From Mobula hypostoma (lineage: Eukaryota): a stretch of DNA of 64,000 bases. Shown here piece by piece: positions 13,484 to 27,644 of the stretch; position 1 is the stretch's first letter, and every line of letters begins with the position of its first letter. The position numbers and the translations under genes were made by a program. The DNA is taken from contig NC_086097.1 of assembly GCF_963921235.1 (NCBI RefSeq), positions 200,634,001 to 200,698,000 on the forward strand. The letters run 5' to 3'. The notes below the pieces were generated by a model. The model was given only the letters and a program-made list of their open reading frames with translations, had not been told where the DNA came from and did no database searches.

Positions 13484-15103
13484 CAGTTGCAAAAAGTTTG
13501 TGAACCCTTCGCAATTACCCGGTTTTCTGCATTAAATACTCTCAAAATGAAGTCAGATCTTCATCTAAGTCACAATAATATACAAACACAATCTGCCTAA
13601 ATTAATAACACAAATAATTGTACTTTCCATGTCTTCATTGAACACATTGTTTAATCATTCACATTCCATGTTGGAAAAAGTAAGTAAACCCTTGTATTTA
13701 ATAACTGGTAGAATGTCCTTTAGCAGCAATAACCCCCACCACATATTTCCTGCAGGTGATGGTCAGATTCGCACAACGTCGAGGAGGAATTTTAGACCAT
13801 TCCTCCATACAACTGTTCCAGCTTATCAATATTTATGAGATACCTTGCATGAACAACCTTCTTCAGGTCATGTCACAGCATCTGAATTGTGCTACGGTCT
13901 GGACTCTGACTTGGCCATTCCAAAACAACAATTTTCTTTTTTTTTTAAAAAACCATTCTGTTGTTGATTTACTCGTGTTTCAGATCGTTATCTTGCTGCA
14001 TTATCCAACTTCTAATAAGCTTCAGGTGACTGACCATTACTCTAACATTCTCCTGTAAAATGTCTTGATACAATTTTGAATTCACTGTTCCCTCAACAAT
14101 TGCAAGTGTCCAGGCCCTGAGGCAGCAAAGCAGACCTAAACCATGATGCTTCTTCCGCCATGCTTCACAGTTGGGATGAGGCTTTGGTGTTGTTGTGCAG
14201 AGCCCTTTTTCCTCCAAATATAGCAATGTGCATTTCTATTAAAAAGTTCATCTTCTGTCTCATCTGTCCACAGAACATTTTCCCAGAAGTGTTGTGGAAC
14301 ATTCAAGTGGTCTTTTCCGAACTTGAGACATGCAGCAATGTTGTTTTTTTTTGGAGAGCAGCAGTTCTGTGGTGTCATTCCATGAACACCATTCTTGTTC
14401 AGTGTTTTTCTTATAATGGACACATGAACAGAGATTTCAGCATGTTCTAGAGATTTCTGCAGGATTTTTGCTGTTACCCTTGAGTTCTTTTTCACCTCCT
14501 TCAGCAATGCACGTTGTGCCTTTGGTGTGATCATTGCAGGATGCCCACTCCTAGGGAGAGTAGCAACAGTACTGAATTTCCTTCATTTGTGGTCAATTTC
14601 TCTTACTGTGGACTGATGAACATTAGGGTCTTCAGAAATAGATTCACAGCCTTTTCTAGCTTCATGCATCTCCATAATTCTTCTTCCTCAAGGTTCTCTT
14701 AAAGTTGTTTTGATTGATGCATGGTGCACATAAACAGATCTTCTTGAGAAGAGCAGGCTCTGTCAGTAACCTGATTTTGTGTGTCTTCTTTATAGGGCAA
14801 GACAACCTTAAAACCCACACCTGCAATCTCATCTCATTGACTGGAACTCCCGACTCCAAATAGCTTTTGTAGAACGCATTACCTTAAAGGTTCACATAAT
14901 TTTTTTGAACCTAGACTGTGAATGTTTAAATGGTGTTCTCAGTATTAATGAGAAGTAGTACAATTGTTCATGTGTTATTAGTTTAGGCAGACTGTGTTTG
15001 TCTACTATTGTGACTTGAATGAAGATCAGACCACATTTTTATGAGTAATTAATGCAAAAATCAGGTAATTGCAAAGGGTTCACAAACTTTTTTCTTGCAA
15101 ATG
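13484..15103 (-). mobile_element. Tc1-family transposon, near full length but decayed (copy 1)
   Basis: TA|CAGTTGC start; ~200-bp TIRs with an inner repeat of the aaaaagt..gaaccct motif. Transposase remnants VLWTDET, PTVKHGG, MQQDNDLKH. Confidence 0.92.
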
Positions 15104-16439
15104 TGTTTTCATTCATGATCATATGGGAGGTTATACAAATTAGCTTGTTAGAATGACAAATAAAAAAATCTAATTGATCTCGTTGGGGAACTGTATTTTC
15201 CCTTTGGCACTTATATTGCACAGGTGATCCTCAAGATCCTCATCAATACAAATATAGAGCAAATAAAGGCTTCAACTTAAATTTATGTGAAGTGTATATT
15301 CTCCAACTAAGGTGAAAGTGACCAGAAGCTGAAATATAAATATTTATATTTATACACACACACATCAAAACATTTACTTATAAATATTTACTTACAATAG
15401 ATGTCTACAATATATTTCCATATTAGATAGCCCAATACATTTATTTACATCTGCAGAAAGTTGACTGTTGCAAAGCTAATATGGACCAAAGGTTCTCCAT
15501 ATTGACAAAATTGAATAGTTGTAAATTGATTAAAATCTTTTTAGCATTCATCAGAAGTATGACAGCATCCCTACAAAACAAAGGAATCATACATACAATT
15601 AAGGACATGAATGGGAAGAACGAAAGAAAGAAAGAAAATTTCCCTGGATCAGTTAACCTTTTTGAAACAAAAGCCTATCTACAACACTATATGCAGTACA
15701 GTGAATAACTTTATTCATTTGAATTGATCCTTTGAACCAGAAGGAATTAACTGAAGTTAATGCTGTGGAGAGAACACTAATCTTTAGCTACCAATCAAGA
15801 CATTGACAACAGAAGAAATCCAGAATTACATAAAACAGTATGCAGTGTATGGATGTATAAAGCCATTCACTGTTCAAATCAACAGAAGACACAAGAAACA
15901 GAGCTGAAGCAGCCTCTGCATTTGTAGAAAAGGATTAGCAAAAAGCAAACCATTGAAATTATGCATCTGCCTTTTAAAGGAAAGGGCCACGTTTTCTATT
16001 TATTGGCTCTGAAGAGCAATGTGCAAAGAAAACAATGAACCCTTATCAACAAGCAATATTCCATACCAAACTCTGCTTTATACAATGTATGATATTCTCA
16101 GATCATGCCACAATTCAGAAGACATACTACACTTGTATAACGTTTATTAAGAACACACATTAAGGATGTCAAAAAATTGATAACACAAATTCTGTGTAAA
16201 GCAGGCTAAATGGACTATCTGATTTGTAACAGTATGCACATTCACAAAAATCAGCTAATTCAATCCCACTTTACTGTTTTAAGAAATATCTAACCTTTGA
16301 AACTAATTTATGTACTTTACTTCATTATCAAATTCACACTTTATTCATCGTTAACCTTTAAAACTGGGGTGCATGGGGTGTCAAAGGAGGGGTAGTACCT
16401 CTGGTAAAGAGGCTTGTCATGAGCATTCTGGGGCAGCTC

Positions 16440-16623
16440 ACTTCCTTCCTGTGGCCATCAAACTTTACAACTCCTCCCTTGGAGGATCAGACACCCTGAG
16501 CCAATTGGCTGGTCCTGGACTTATTTCCTGGCATAATTTACATATTACTATTTAATTATTTATGGTGCAACTGTAACGAAAACCAATTTTCCTTGGGATC
16601 AATAAAGTATGACTATGACTATG
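16440..16623 (+). mobile_element. Rex1/Babar-like 3' tail fragment with (GACTAT)n end
   Basis: FLPVAIKLYNS coding end followed by gggatcaataaagtatgactatgactatg. Confidence 0.55.
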
Positions 16624-17320
16624 TTCAGTCAGCTCTCAACTGCGGCTCTAAAGTAGCTGTTTACATATGACAGGGGCCACACCCCAATACTAGGCCTCAT
16701 CCTGGTGAGATAGGGATATGCCTGATCTAGCATGTTAAGTTAGCTCTGGTTGACGAGATCAATAGTGAGATCTAATGGCTCTGCAATGCATCGTTGAGAC
16801 AAGGCACGGAAGAAATCCTGGTCATCTACTGCAACCAAGGAAAACCCCAGTTTCCGACTACTTGGACCACAGGACCCTGTTGGTATTCAGAGGTCACAGG
16901 AGTAGAAATGCCCCAGTGCAACAACTTTTCCACTTTAGAAACTCTCCTGCACAGGTTTTGTGTTATTGTTGGCAATGACAACCAACCAAAATTTAAAAAT
17001 GTACAAATTTCTGATTTTTTTCTTGTAGGGAAAATTTTCAAACTTTCATTTCTAGTTGAAATCAATCAGAAGGATCATTCTGGAAAGGACAAAAAGAAAT
17101 ACAAATCCTTTCCCCTCCAATATCAACTACCTTTTTAACCATTTTCCTCTCCTCCCACCCCCACTACTTGACTGGCTCTCTGTCATACAAATGCAAGCAA
17201 ATCACAGATTTCATAATTTAAAAAATCCTTTTCATTGGGTAAATACACCTCTTTTCTCCACCCCAACTCTGAAACAATTCCAGTTTCTCTACCACTTCAT
17301 TCATAACAATCACATCCTAA

Positions 17321-17460
17321 ATGCTGGGGAGCTCAGCAGGCTGGGCAGCATCTATGGAAACACCGTTGATGTTTATTCATTTCCATGGACGCTGCCCGAC
17401 CTGCTGAGTTCCTCCAGCATTTTGTGTGTGTTGCCTCGGACTTCCAGCATCTGCAAACCT
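17321..17460. repeat. Palindromic Penelope-pLTR-derived repeat (centre deleted)
   Basis: atgctggggagctcagcaggctgggcagcatctatggaaa ... tttccatggacgctgcccgacctgctgagttcctccagcat form ~40-bp inverted arms. Confidence 0.75.
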
Positions 17461-20400
17461 TCTTGCGTTTATGACAATCACATCCTGTTTTCTCACTTAA
17501 TTCCTGACCATCTGATTCCCTTGTCACTGAAATTAACTTGCATGTTTATTCCGCCCATTGCCTCCAAGCCCCCCACCAAAATCAGGTATTTCTGTTTTTA
17601 AAAACTGTTACCTTTCTCTTCCTCAAAAAAAACTAATCTCATGTTTCATTCTTTCCTTTGTTTCATGTCAATTCATTCACTAAACCATCTTCTTACTCTA
17701 TTCCCCAGCATAATCACCCTCTACTTTTAAAAATGCATTTGAACAGGCTTTGAGAACCATTCCTAAATCCTAGTAAAAAATTTTATTTCTAAAAAGTGCA
17801 AGCATATTGAGATTCTCTTCTATATGACAGCTTTGTATTTATTAATAATTTTGAAAGTTCCACATAACCTTTACTAATAATCCATGGAACTCTGGATTTG
17901 AACTACGGATTTTTCCTTTTATTCAGAGATTTATTTGCGGCTATTAATAGGACAATACAGATGATGATAGGAAGTTCAACAAAGATGATGACAAGTGCTT
18001 TCAATAAACTTGCACCCAATGCCCTGCCTTACGCAGCTGTTGTCAATAGGTAATTGATTACAACAATACAACAGAGTAAAACATGTGAATGCTAGAGATC
18101 AGAAAAATGTAAATAATCAGCTATTGCAGTTTCTGTGTAGAGAGAGAAACACTTCTTAGCATAATCTTTTTTCCTTAGAAAGCCACTTCTTAGAAAGGCA
18201 AACAATAATAATGAAATTCAGACAATGATGATAAAATGCAAGCAGCTCTTGTGGCCATTTCAGGTGAAATGTATTCAAAGATGAAGACCTCAAATATAGC
18301 ACAAGGCTCATTTGCCCATCTGGAAGCAATTCCCCACTCTCCTGAGTATATTTACTGATTACCCACAGTATATATTCCAGTGAACAAGACCAATAGTTTT
18401 AACTTACCCAAACAAGTTAGCATCACCTTTCACCTTCTAGTTTGTCCTCCTTCCCCTCCCGTTCTGCCCCCACCTTATTCTGGCTAAGTGTCGACTGTTG
18501 ATTCACTTCCATTGATGCTGCCCGTGCTACTGCATTCCATCAGCATTTTGTGGGTTTCTTTAGATTTCCAGCATCTGCAAAATCTTGTGTTAAGTAATTG
18601 TATTGCTGCTTAATAACAATTACTAAACCATTACAAATATAATAATGTAAAACAGATGTAACTGATGTGAGGATGCCCTCACTTAAACTGGTCAAACAGT
18701 AAATAGCAAATTACCCTGGCATAATTTTTTCTTACACTGCTCAAGGCAATCAGTCAAGACCAATCATGACTACATCTACCTCAAGGAGTTCTCAGTTGGC
18801 TGATGCACGTAACTTTTAGTGCATTAACTTACTTCAAGAAATTGGTCAAAAGATCTCTGTCCATCATTATCCCAATGAATTAAATACAAAAGACAGTCCA
18901 AACAACACATCCTTGATCAGGCAAAGCTGATGTGATCTTTCCTCTTCTGTGGCTTTACTCAAGTGGACCTGGTACATTTTGTTTAGACAATAACCTCTAT
19001 TAGGCCTACAGTGATGGCACTGACTTAATTGGTTCAAAATAACAGAAATTGCTGGCAATGATGCTCAAAAGGGACAAGCAACACTAATGCAAAAAGAAAC
19101 AACATCAGCATTTCAGGACAATGCCTTTCATCCACAAACATAACCCTGAGCTTCCAGACGTCTATCACTAACTCCCATCTAGTGGAGAGGAGTGAGCAGA
19201 AATCTATGGGACAGAAGAAATGAGGTAAGTTTAAATGAAAAATAAACGGTACTTCTATGCAAAAAGCGGATGGCAATAAAATGAGTACTGGTCTGGAGGA
19301 GGTGTAAATGAGAACAGATGAAATAAATCAAAATTCTGAAATTATCAAAAAAACTGCAGAGGCTGAAAATTGTAAGTAAAAGCACAAAATGATGGAACTG
19401 TTCATTAAGTGAAAACCATAAACTCAACGTTGAATCCACAAGCCTGTGATGCATCTACCTGGAAAAGGTTACATTAAGCAGAATTGGAATGGGTTAGAAA
19501 CTGACAGCAATGGGAACTGGGAACTGGAAGCTCAGGGGCATGATTGTGGATGGAAGTGTTTGTTCTTCCAACATAAAGGCGACCGCATGAAAATTGTGTA
19601 GTCAACTAGCAAACATGGAAGAACTAAATAGGATCTTCACAAACAGCAGGAAATGTGAAGCATTTGTAAGGTGCAATATTGTAAAGGAACACTCTCTACA
19701 CGGTGGAAAGACTGGGTTTCAATGATGAAACTATAACAAGAAACAAGACATTGCAACCTCTGTGGAGAGAGTTGAGAAACAGCAAGTGATACAATAATAA
19801 TGGTTACATCAAATAAATCATATTTATAAGTTATTTAACGAACAGATTCCACGAAAGCATGCTTCAGTTACAGTTGCTAGCAATCAGAATTCCAGGAGCA
19901 TTGATCCTAATAAGTCTGAATTCACTAGAGTAGCTAACATAATTAATTCAAATAAATATACCTGGAATTTTAAGAATGCAAGAAAAGTGGTCACCCTCAC
20001 CTAGTCTGGCCTATAGACTGAACAATATAAACAGGAAATGTTGGAAGTACTCAAGAGGCCAGCATGAAAGGTATTTGACTTGACATGTTAACACTGCTTC
20101 TCTTCATACAGATGGGACCTAATCAGCTGAGTTTTTCCAGCATTTTTATTTTAGATTTTCAGCATTCTCAAGTTTATTTTAATTTCCAGACTCCACCATA
20201 GAATCATAAAGCATTACAGTATGTGATTGATTCTTAACTGCTTCCTCAGGGATAATTAGAAAGGGACAGGAAATGGAAGAATTTCTACTTATGTCCACAT
20301 CTCGTGAATGAATAAAGCAAAGTAGATCTACGCTTAATTTGCATTTTATTTTATACTTGTACACTATAAGATGCAGGACAACTTAAGCAATAAATACACT

Positions 20401-20886
20401 GACAAAAGAAATATTTTGCTCATTAGTACTGTTAAGGTGTCCAGAACTACATCTAATCAGAGAGAAAGTATTAATATCTACTAATTATGCTGACATGATG
20501 CAAAAATAAAAGCAGGGTGTCAAATTTTAACAATATATAACCCATAAGAAAATACAAAATATAGGAATGAGTTGCAATTCACAAGCACACAGAGTAAATT
20601 TCACTTTGTAACATGAGGGAGAGTAAATATCATGCCATTGAAAACCTAACAGCTTATTATTAATTGTGAGAAATTAACTACTGAGAACAAGGAAAAGCCA
20701 CTCAAAGTTAGCATAGGCTTAAATGGATTCAGAGGTTCATAGTATCTATGTATTCCACCACATATACCAACTTGGATAAAAGGGACTGTACATCCTCACT
20801 TGTAAATGACACAGAATATGGAAACAGGCTATATAGATGGGAATATTATGTAAGAAATCTACAGACGGAATAAATAGGTGGGCAGA

Positions 20887-20985
20887 GCTCCTGACGAAGG
20901 GCCTTGGTCCGAAACGTCAACTGTACCTCTTCCTATAGATGCCGCCTGGCCTGCTGTGTTCACCAGCAATTTATGTGTGTGTGAC
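20887..20985 (+). repeat. Penelope-pLTR-derived repeat with hammerhead core (20891-20918)
   Basis: CTGACGA-A-GGGC-CTTG-GTCC-GAAA-CGTC followed by a tail nearly identical to 1362-1425. Stem I is imperfect. Confidence 0.75.
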
Positions 20986-21625
20986 TTATGGAGTGTCAGG
21001 TTGGGAAGTATAAAGCTATTCATTGTCATTAAAAATGACAAAATGAAACATTCTCTTAAACTAGATAGGGAAGAAGCAAAGACTGATAAATCAATGTATA
21101 CAAGTTATTAAAAGCTTGTGCAAAGATACAAAGAATCATGGAATGTTGACCTTTCAAAGGCTTGAACTCACAAATTGTGGTTCAATTGTACAGAATTTTA
21201 GCTAAATCCACATGTAGAATAATGTCTTTAGTATTGATCTCTAAATATTTGCAAAGAAGTACTACTTTTGGAAAAGCTACAAAGATTCTCCAGAGGGCTA
21301 AAAGCACTAACCGATTAGTACTGATTACATGAACGTGGCTTGTATTCTCTCATTACGAAATGATTAAGAGATCTTAAAGGGTAGACAAGCTATTATCCTC
21401 ATGGATCTTAAATCTGAAGTTGGAGTTTGGCCATACAAGAAATGTCTTTTCCCACTGACCTGAAGGCTTTGGAAAGCGGGTCAATTAAAAATTAAGTCAA
21501 CATCAACTGACATATATTGAGTATGGATATTAATAGAAATCAAAAGGACCAGGTACAGGCAAATATGTTATGCCAAATTTGCACTAATATTAAGAACATA
21601 AAATAGACAACTGATGAAAGATATA

Positions 21626-23526
21626 CAGATGGCCCCCGTTTTCCGAACGTTCGCTTTACGACACCTCGCTGTTACGAAAGACCTACATTAGTTACCTGTT
21701 TTCGCTAACAGAAGGTGTTTTCACTGTTACGAAAGAAGGCAGTGTGCGCCCGAACAGCCAAGCTCCTCCCCTGGAACTGCATTCTAGTCTGCATTGCTTA
21801 AACACGTGCTTTATCTCGATATATTTTCTGCATCCGTTAGGAAGATGAGTTCTAAGGTATCAGAAAAGCCTAAAAGAGCTGGTAAGGGTGTTACACTTAG
21901 CGTAAAACTAGACATAATTAAGTGTTTCAATCATGGTGAACTAAGTAAGGACACTGTCCGCGCGTTGAACTTGCCTGCGTCCACCATTCACACTATTTAT
22001 ACGCAGACAGAAAGAATTTTGAAAGCTGCCGATATTACTGTTGGTTCTGCTCGTAGCAAAGTGGTGTCTCTTAGTCGGCATCCAATAATGGATAAAATGG
22101 AAAGTCTATTGCTTGAGTGGATTGATGGGTGTACAAAGCGTGATGTTCCATTAAGTTTTCTTATATCAGTCAGTCTTTTTAATCTGAAACAGAAAGCACT
22201 GGACGATAGTGATGAAAGTGTTGCGAAAGTGGAATTTAAAGGTAGTCATGGGTGGTTTGATCGGTTTCTAAGGCGAGGGCAGCTTCATAGTTTAACGTTT
22301 ACCAGAGAGATAGTGCTTCGGCTGATACTGAGCTGCCGAAAAATTCCCAGCAGAACTGAAGAAAATAATTACAGAAGGTGGTTATTCGTATGTATTTAAC
22401 TGTGACGAAACTGCAATTTATTGGAAAAAATTGCCGAGGAAGACATTTATTTCGATAGAAGGAAAGCAGGCTAAGGGACACAAGGCATTGAAGGACAGGT
22501 TTACCCTAATGCCTATTATTAACACCACTGATGATGCTGTCCTTAAGCCTCTACTAGTGTACCATTTAGAAAATCTGAGGGCACTTAAAGGTGTTGATAA
22601 GAAAACACTTCCCGTTGTGTTCTGTTCACATCCAAGTGGTTGGAATACCCAAGTGCTTTTCTCTTGAGTACAGGAGTGGATATGTTAGTCCTTTTGTTGA
22701 AAAATACTGTAGAGAAAATAACCTCGATAATAGGTGTCTTGTGATTATCGATAATTGTGCTGCTCATCCACCTGGCATTACCGAGTATGGCAGTAACATT
22801 CGCGTTGCGTCCTTACCGCCAAATACAACATCGTTGCTGCAGCCGTGCGACCAAGGCCTAATAGCCACAATTAAGGCTTACTATACGCAAAATGTGATGC
22901 GTTTTATTGTAAGTACCATTGACAGAGAGGGCAACTCCAAAGCGTCTTTGAGAGAGATCTGGAAAGAATACAATATAAAATTGGCAATCGCCAACATTGG
23001 AGATGCTCTCGATAGGCTAACAGTCTCAATGAGAAATGGCATTTAGAGGAAACTGTGTCCCGAAGCAGTGAACGACTTTAAAGGCTTCGAACCATCAACA
23101 ATAAATACGGCAATAGTGAGTTTGGCTACTGTACGTACATTATTTCTACTTTATATAGGCTGCGTATTTTTATGTGTTATTTGATATGATTTGGCAGCTT
23201 CATTGCTTAAAGGTTACTGGAGAGAGTGTTTCTGCCGACAGCGCTTCCAAGGTGCTGCCGTGAGATTTTCGCCACGCTAGACAGTGCAGAAAAGTATATA
23301 GGCTGTGTATTATCATGTCATATCATTCCTGCTTTTACTATATGTTACTGTTATTTTAGGTTTTGTGTGTTATTTGGCATGATTTTGTAGGTTATTTTTT
23401 GGGTCTGGGAATGCTCAAAAATTTTTCCCGTATTAATAAATGGTAATTGCTTATTCACTTTACGACATTCCAGCTTACGAACCGTTTCATAGGAACGCTC
23501 TACCTTCAGACAGCAGGGGAAACCTG
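21626..23526 (+). mobile_element. Tigger/pogo-family DNA transposon with decayed transposase (copy B)
   Basis: TA|CAGATGGCCCCCG...GGGGGAAACCTG|TA. CENP-B-type HTH (EFKGSHGWFDRF), VFNCDET, IIDNCAAH, LPPNTTSLLQPCDQG; frameshifted. Confidence 0.92.
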
Positions 23527-24000
23527 TATTGAGCTTTATTCAAACATTTAATTGCAATGACAAAATGCAAATAATTCTCAACCTGCCCAGTGCTCTACAA
23601 ATCAAGAAATGAGGTGATTCATCTCCGACATGTGTACTCTGGATTCTTAAATCTGTTTTCAAATAGTTCAAGTTTTTGTGCTGATATAGAATTCAGTAGG
23701 AAATGCTATTTCCAGGACTCTCATATCTTCCTTCCCCTTTAGATTTTGTCCAATTAAATGGTACCACCTTGTTAGTCCAGAATAAGTCTCTCTCATCTCA
23801 GCCATTTCTTCTCCATTCCAGCTGGATTAAAGGTTGCCATACCATCCTCTTCCATTTATCACTCCCTCAACATGCGTCATTTTAGTTAGGTGCATTCAGC
23901 AATCAGGCACAGAGTATTATGGAACGGAATGCCCGTGACAGTTCATACAAAGACCTTGCTTCCAAAACAATTTCATTACTTGGATATGTCAGGGTCTTAC

Positions 24001-24240
24001 AAACACAAGAGATACTGTTGATGCTGGAATCTTGAGCAATAAACACAAAATGCTCGAGAAACTCAGCAAGTCTGTCAGCATCTATGGAGAGGAATAAGGA
24101 GTCAATGTTTCTCATGAGTCCTGATGAAGGGTATTGGCTGAAAATTGTGTATTCTTAATATTAGTGCAATTTTGGCATAACACATTTGTTTACTCCCCTC
24201 AATAGATGCTGCCCGACTTGCCAAGTTCTCCTGCATTTTA
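24001..24240. repeat. Palindromic Penelope-pLTR-derived repeat with central decayed hammerhead (24117-24145)
   Basis: Inverted arms (aaaatgctcgagaaactcagcaagtctgtcagcatctat / atagatgctgcccgacttgccaagttctcctgcatttt) around agtc-CTGATGA-agggtattggct-GAAA. Confidence 0.7.
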
Positions 24241-24539
24241 CAGGTATATTAACCTGGGTCTTTAGTTATATTTATTACCACAGCAATGGACAGCTCTTCT
24301 ACCTGACAATGAAGTGCTAGACGGTGTTGGAGGTGTCTGAGAAGGGATCGATCATTTCTTAATGCACTACTATAAGCAGTTAGTCTAGTTACTTCCAATT
24401 TACTAGGTCTGAAATCTATAGTCTTAATTTACTTAAGTTGCTGCTTAGTGAAGCCAAGATTTCACTGAGCAGTTTTGTCTCTTCTCCCATTCCAATCTGA
24501 AGGCATATATGATAGTTAATTGCTATATATGGCTTTTAA

Positions 24540-25330
24540 AAACACTCTCAAATCTAAAATCCTAAGCAGTAGTAAAAGCCAATTTTTTCCAGCTTCGTAC
24601 TATTGCCAAAATCAAGTTGGTTCTCTCTTTCAAAGATCTCAAGAAAGTCATCCTCCCCCTTATATCCTCCCACTTGGACTACTCCAACTCCCTGTATACT
24701 GGGATTAGTCAGTCATCCCTGTCCCACCTGCAACTGGTCCAGAACACCGCAGCCAGGCTCCTGACAGATGCCTGTAAGAGGGACCATATTACTTCTATCC
24801 TGGCCTCTCTCCACTGGCTACTAGTACGGTTTAGAATTGATTTTAAGGTTCTCCTGTTTGTTTATAAAGACCTAAATGGGCTGGCCCCCTCCTATATCGC
24901 AGACCTCCTAACCCCTTATTCTACTTCCGGGTCCCTCAGTTTGGCTGACTTGGGGCTCCTGGGTGTCCCGCGATCTAAATTTAAGTTCAGGGGTGACCAC
25001 GCCTTTGCTGTTGTAGCCCCTCGACTGTGGAACAGCATTCCCCTCCTTATCAGACCTTGTCCCCTCCATTGACTCTTTGAAGTCCCGGCTCAAATCTTAA
25101 CTTTATTCACTAACGTTTGAATCTTCCTGATGTGGCTGATTTTTGGCTTGTGCCTAGGCTCATGTGTTGTTTATTTTGTGCCTATAAGCTGTGTACCTTG
25201 TTGTTTATATCCGTATTTCTTGTATTTGTGATTTTAGCTACATGTTATGGTTCATACAGCACTTTGGTCAACATGGGTTGTTTTTAAATATGCTTTATAA
25301 ATAAATTTGACTTGACTTGACTTGACTTGA
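24540..25330 (+). mobile_element. L2-clade LINE 3' fragment
   Basis: LDYSNSL...LQLVQNTAARLL...HITSILASLHWL...FKVLLFVYK...AFAVVAPRLWNS; ends aataaat(ttgac)4. Confidence 0.85.
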
Positions 25331-26067
25331 TTGATCAGTCAATCCTGAAGAGCCACTCCAAGTTACACTTCCTTAACATTCGTAGATAACTCCGCAGATC
25401 ATCAACCACCAATGTGTAGTCCTCCAGATGTCTGTTAAAGCTCCACACATTGTCCGTTCTTCTCTCTGTTATGGTTGCTTTAACACTAACTACCATGAAT
25501 ATAATAGGCTTGTGGAACTAATCTTATGTTTAGTTGTTATATCATTCATGACACTGAAATATACTCTTGAAACCCAAGAGCTCTCTTTCTCACAGTAAAT
25601 TGCTCATTGATGGCATGGTGCTAGCATAAAATGATCAAGATGGGGTGGAAGAATTAAAATCTCTTTCTGAAAATTAGCACAGAGTTCAGAGACACCTTGA
25701 ACAACTCATATTAAATATCCATGATAAATTTGACCTAATTATATTCACTAAAGACTTTTGTTCAAATTCCCTGCTTAGTGCTCTTTGTTAACTTGCTGGG
25801 ATACAGTCTGGAGGAGAAAAAAAGTACAGATTTGGTCTCCCAAACTAGGGTAATACAAAACTGTTGAACATAATCTATAATAAATAAAACTGTAACACCA
25901 TATATGTATCCTCAAAGTTCTCATTTATCCTATGAAAATTAATGCTGTTGGTAATGCATCTCCACATGCAAGAAATCTCCAAGATGCAGATGATAGTTCC
26001 TTCAGTCCAAGTAAGCAGAACCATGTACAAGTCGCATAACTTGCATTGCAACACCAGTATTTACATA

Positions 26068-27644
26068 AAGTTGCAAGAAAAAGTTTGTGAACCCTTTGCA
26101 ATTACCTGGATTTCTGCACTAATTAATCATAAAACGTAGTCTGACCTTCATCCAAGTCACAATAATAGACAAACCCAATCTGCTTAAATTTTACATAAAA
26201 ACAATTGTACTTTTCATGTCTTTATTAAACACATTGTTCAATTATTCACAGTCCAAACTGGTAAAAGTGTATGAACCATTGTATTTAATAATTGGTAGAA
26301 CCTCCTTTAGCAGCAATAACCTCCACCAAAAGTGTCTTGCAGCTGCTCATCACACACGCACAACAGTGAGGAATTGTAGACCATTCCTCCATACAAATTT
26401 GTTGCAGCTCATCAATATTTCTGGGATACCTTGTATGAACAGCCCTCTTCAGGTAATGTCACAACATCTCAATTGGGTTAAGGTCTAGACTCTGACTTGG
26501 CCATTCCAAAACAACTATTTTCTTCTTTTTTAAACCAGTTTGTTGTTCATTTACTCGTGTTTTAGATCATTGTCTTGTTGCATCATCCAACTTCTAAGCT
26601 TTAGGTGATGGATCGCTACCCTGACATTCTCCTGTAAAATGTCTTGATACAATTTTAAATTCATTGTTCCCTCAACAATTGCAAGCTGCCCAGGCCGAGG
26701 TAGCAAAGCAGCCCCAAACCATGATGTTCCTTCCACCATACTACATGTTGGGATGAAGTGTTGGTGTGCAGTACCTTTTTTCCTCCAAACCTAGCAGTGT
26801 GAATTCCTGCCAAAAAATGCAACTGTCTCATCTGTCCACAGAACTTTGCTCAAGAAGCATTGTGGAATATCCAGGTGGTCTTTTGCAAACTGGAAACACG
26901 CAGCAATATTTCTTTTGAAGAGTTGTGGTTTCCTTTGTGGCATCCCTCCCACTCTTATTCAGTATTTTTCTTATAGTGGACACATGAACAGAGACTTTAG
27001 CAAGTTCTAGAGATTTCGGCAGTATTTTTGCTGTTACCCTCGAGTTCTTTTTCATCTCCTTCTGCATTGCACACGTGCTCTTGGTGTGATCTTTGCAGGA
27101 CACCTACTCCTAGGGAGAGTAGCAGCAGTACTGAATTTCCTTCATTTGTAGAGAACTTCCCTTACTGTGGACTTGATGAACACAGTCTTTAGAAATGTTG
27201 TTGTGGCGTTTTCCAGCTTCATGCATCTATACAATTCTTCTAATGTCCTCCGAAAGTTGTTTAGATCGCAGCATGGTGCACTTAAACAAGTCTTTCTTGA
27301 GAAGAGCAGGCTCTGTCAGTAACCTGATTTGTCTTTTTTTTTAAAAAATAAGGTAGGGCACCTCTACAAATCCACATCTCCAATCGCATCCCATTGATTG
27401 GAACTCCTGACTCCAAACAGCTTTTGCAGAAGGCATTACCCCAGAGTTTCACACACTTGTTTGAACTTAGACTCTGATTTTTAAAATGCTGTGCTCAGGA
27501 TTGATGAGAAGTACAACTGTTTGTGTGTTATTAGCTTAGGCAGATGTGTTTGTCCATCATTGTGACTTAGATAAATATCAGACCACATTTTATGAGTAAT
27601 TAAAACAGAAATTTCAAAGGGTTCAAAACATTTTCTTACAACTG
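26068..27644 (-). mobile_element. Tc1-family transposon, decayed (copy 2, same family as 13484-15103)
   Basis: Colinear with copy 1; ends ...caactg|TA; QQDNDLKH motif. Confidence 0.9.

Noticed and set aside
17056..17601. 181-aa ORF
   Set aside because: Runs through low-complexity sequence and the palindromic repeat; no coding signature.
19100..19650. Possible third, minus-strand Penelope remnant
   Set aside because: Only faint similarity by eye; too decayed to call without an alignment.
21794..23046. Possible domesticated TIGD/CENP-B-like gene
   Set aside because: Frameshifted, and flanked by intact TIRs and TA duplications, so it is a transposon copy.
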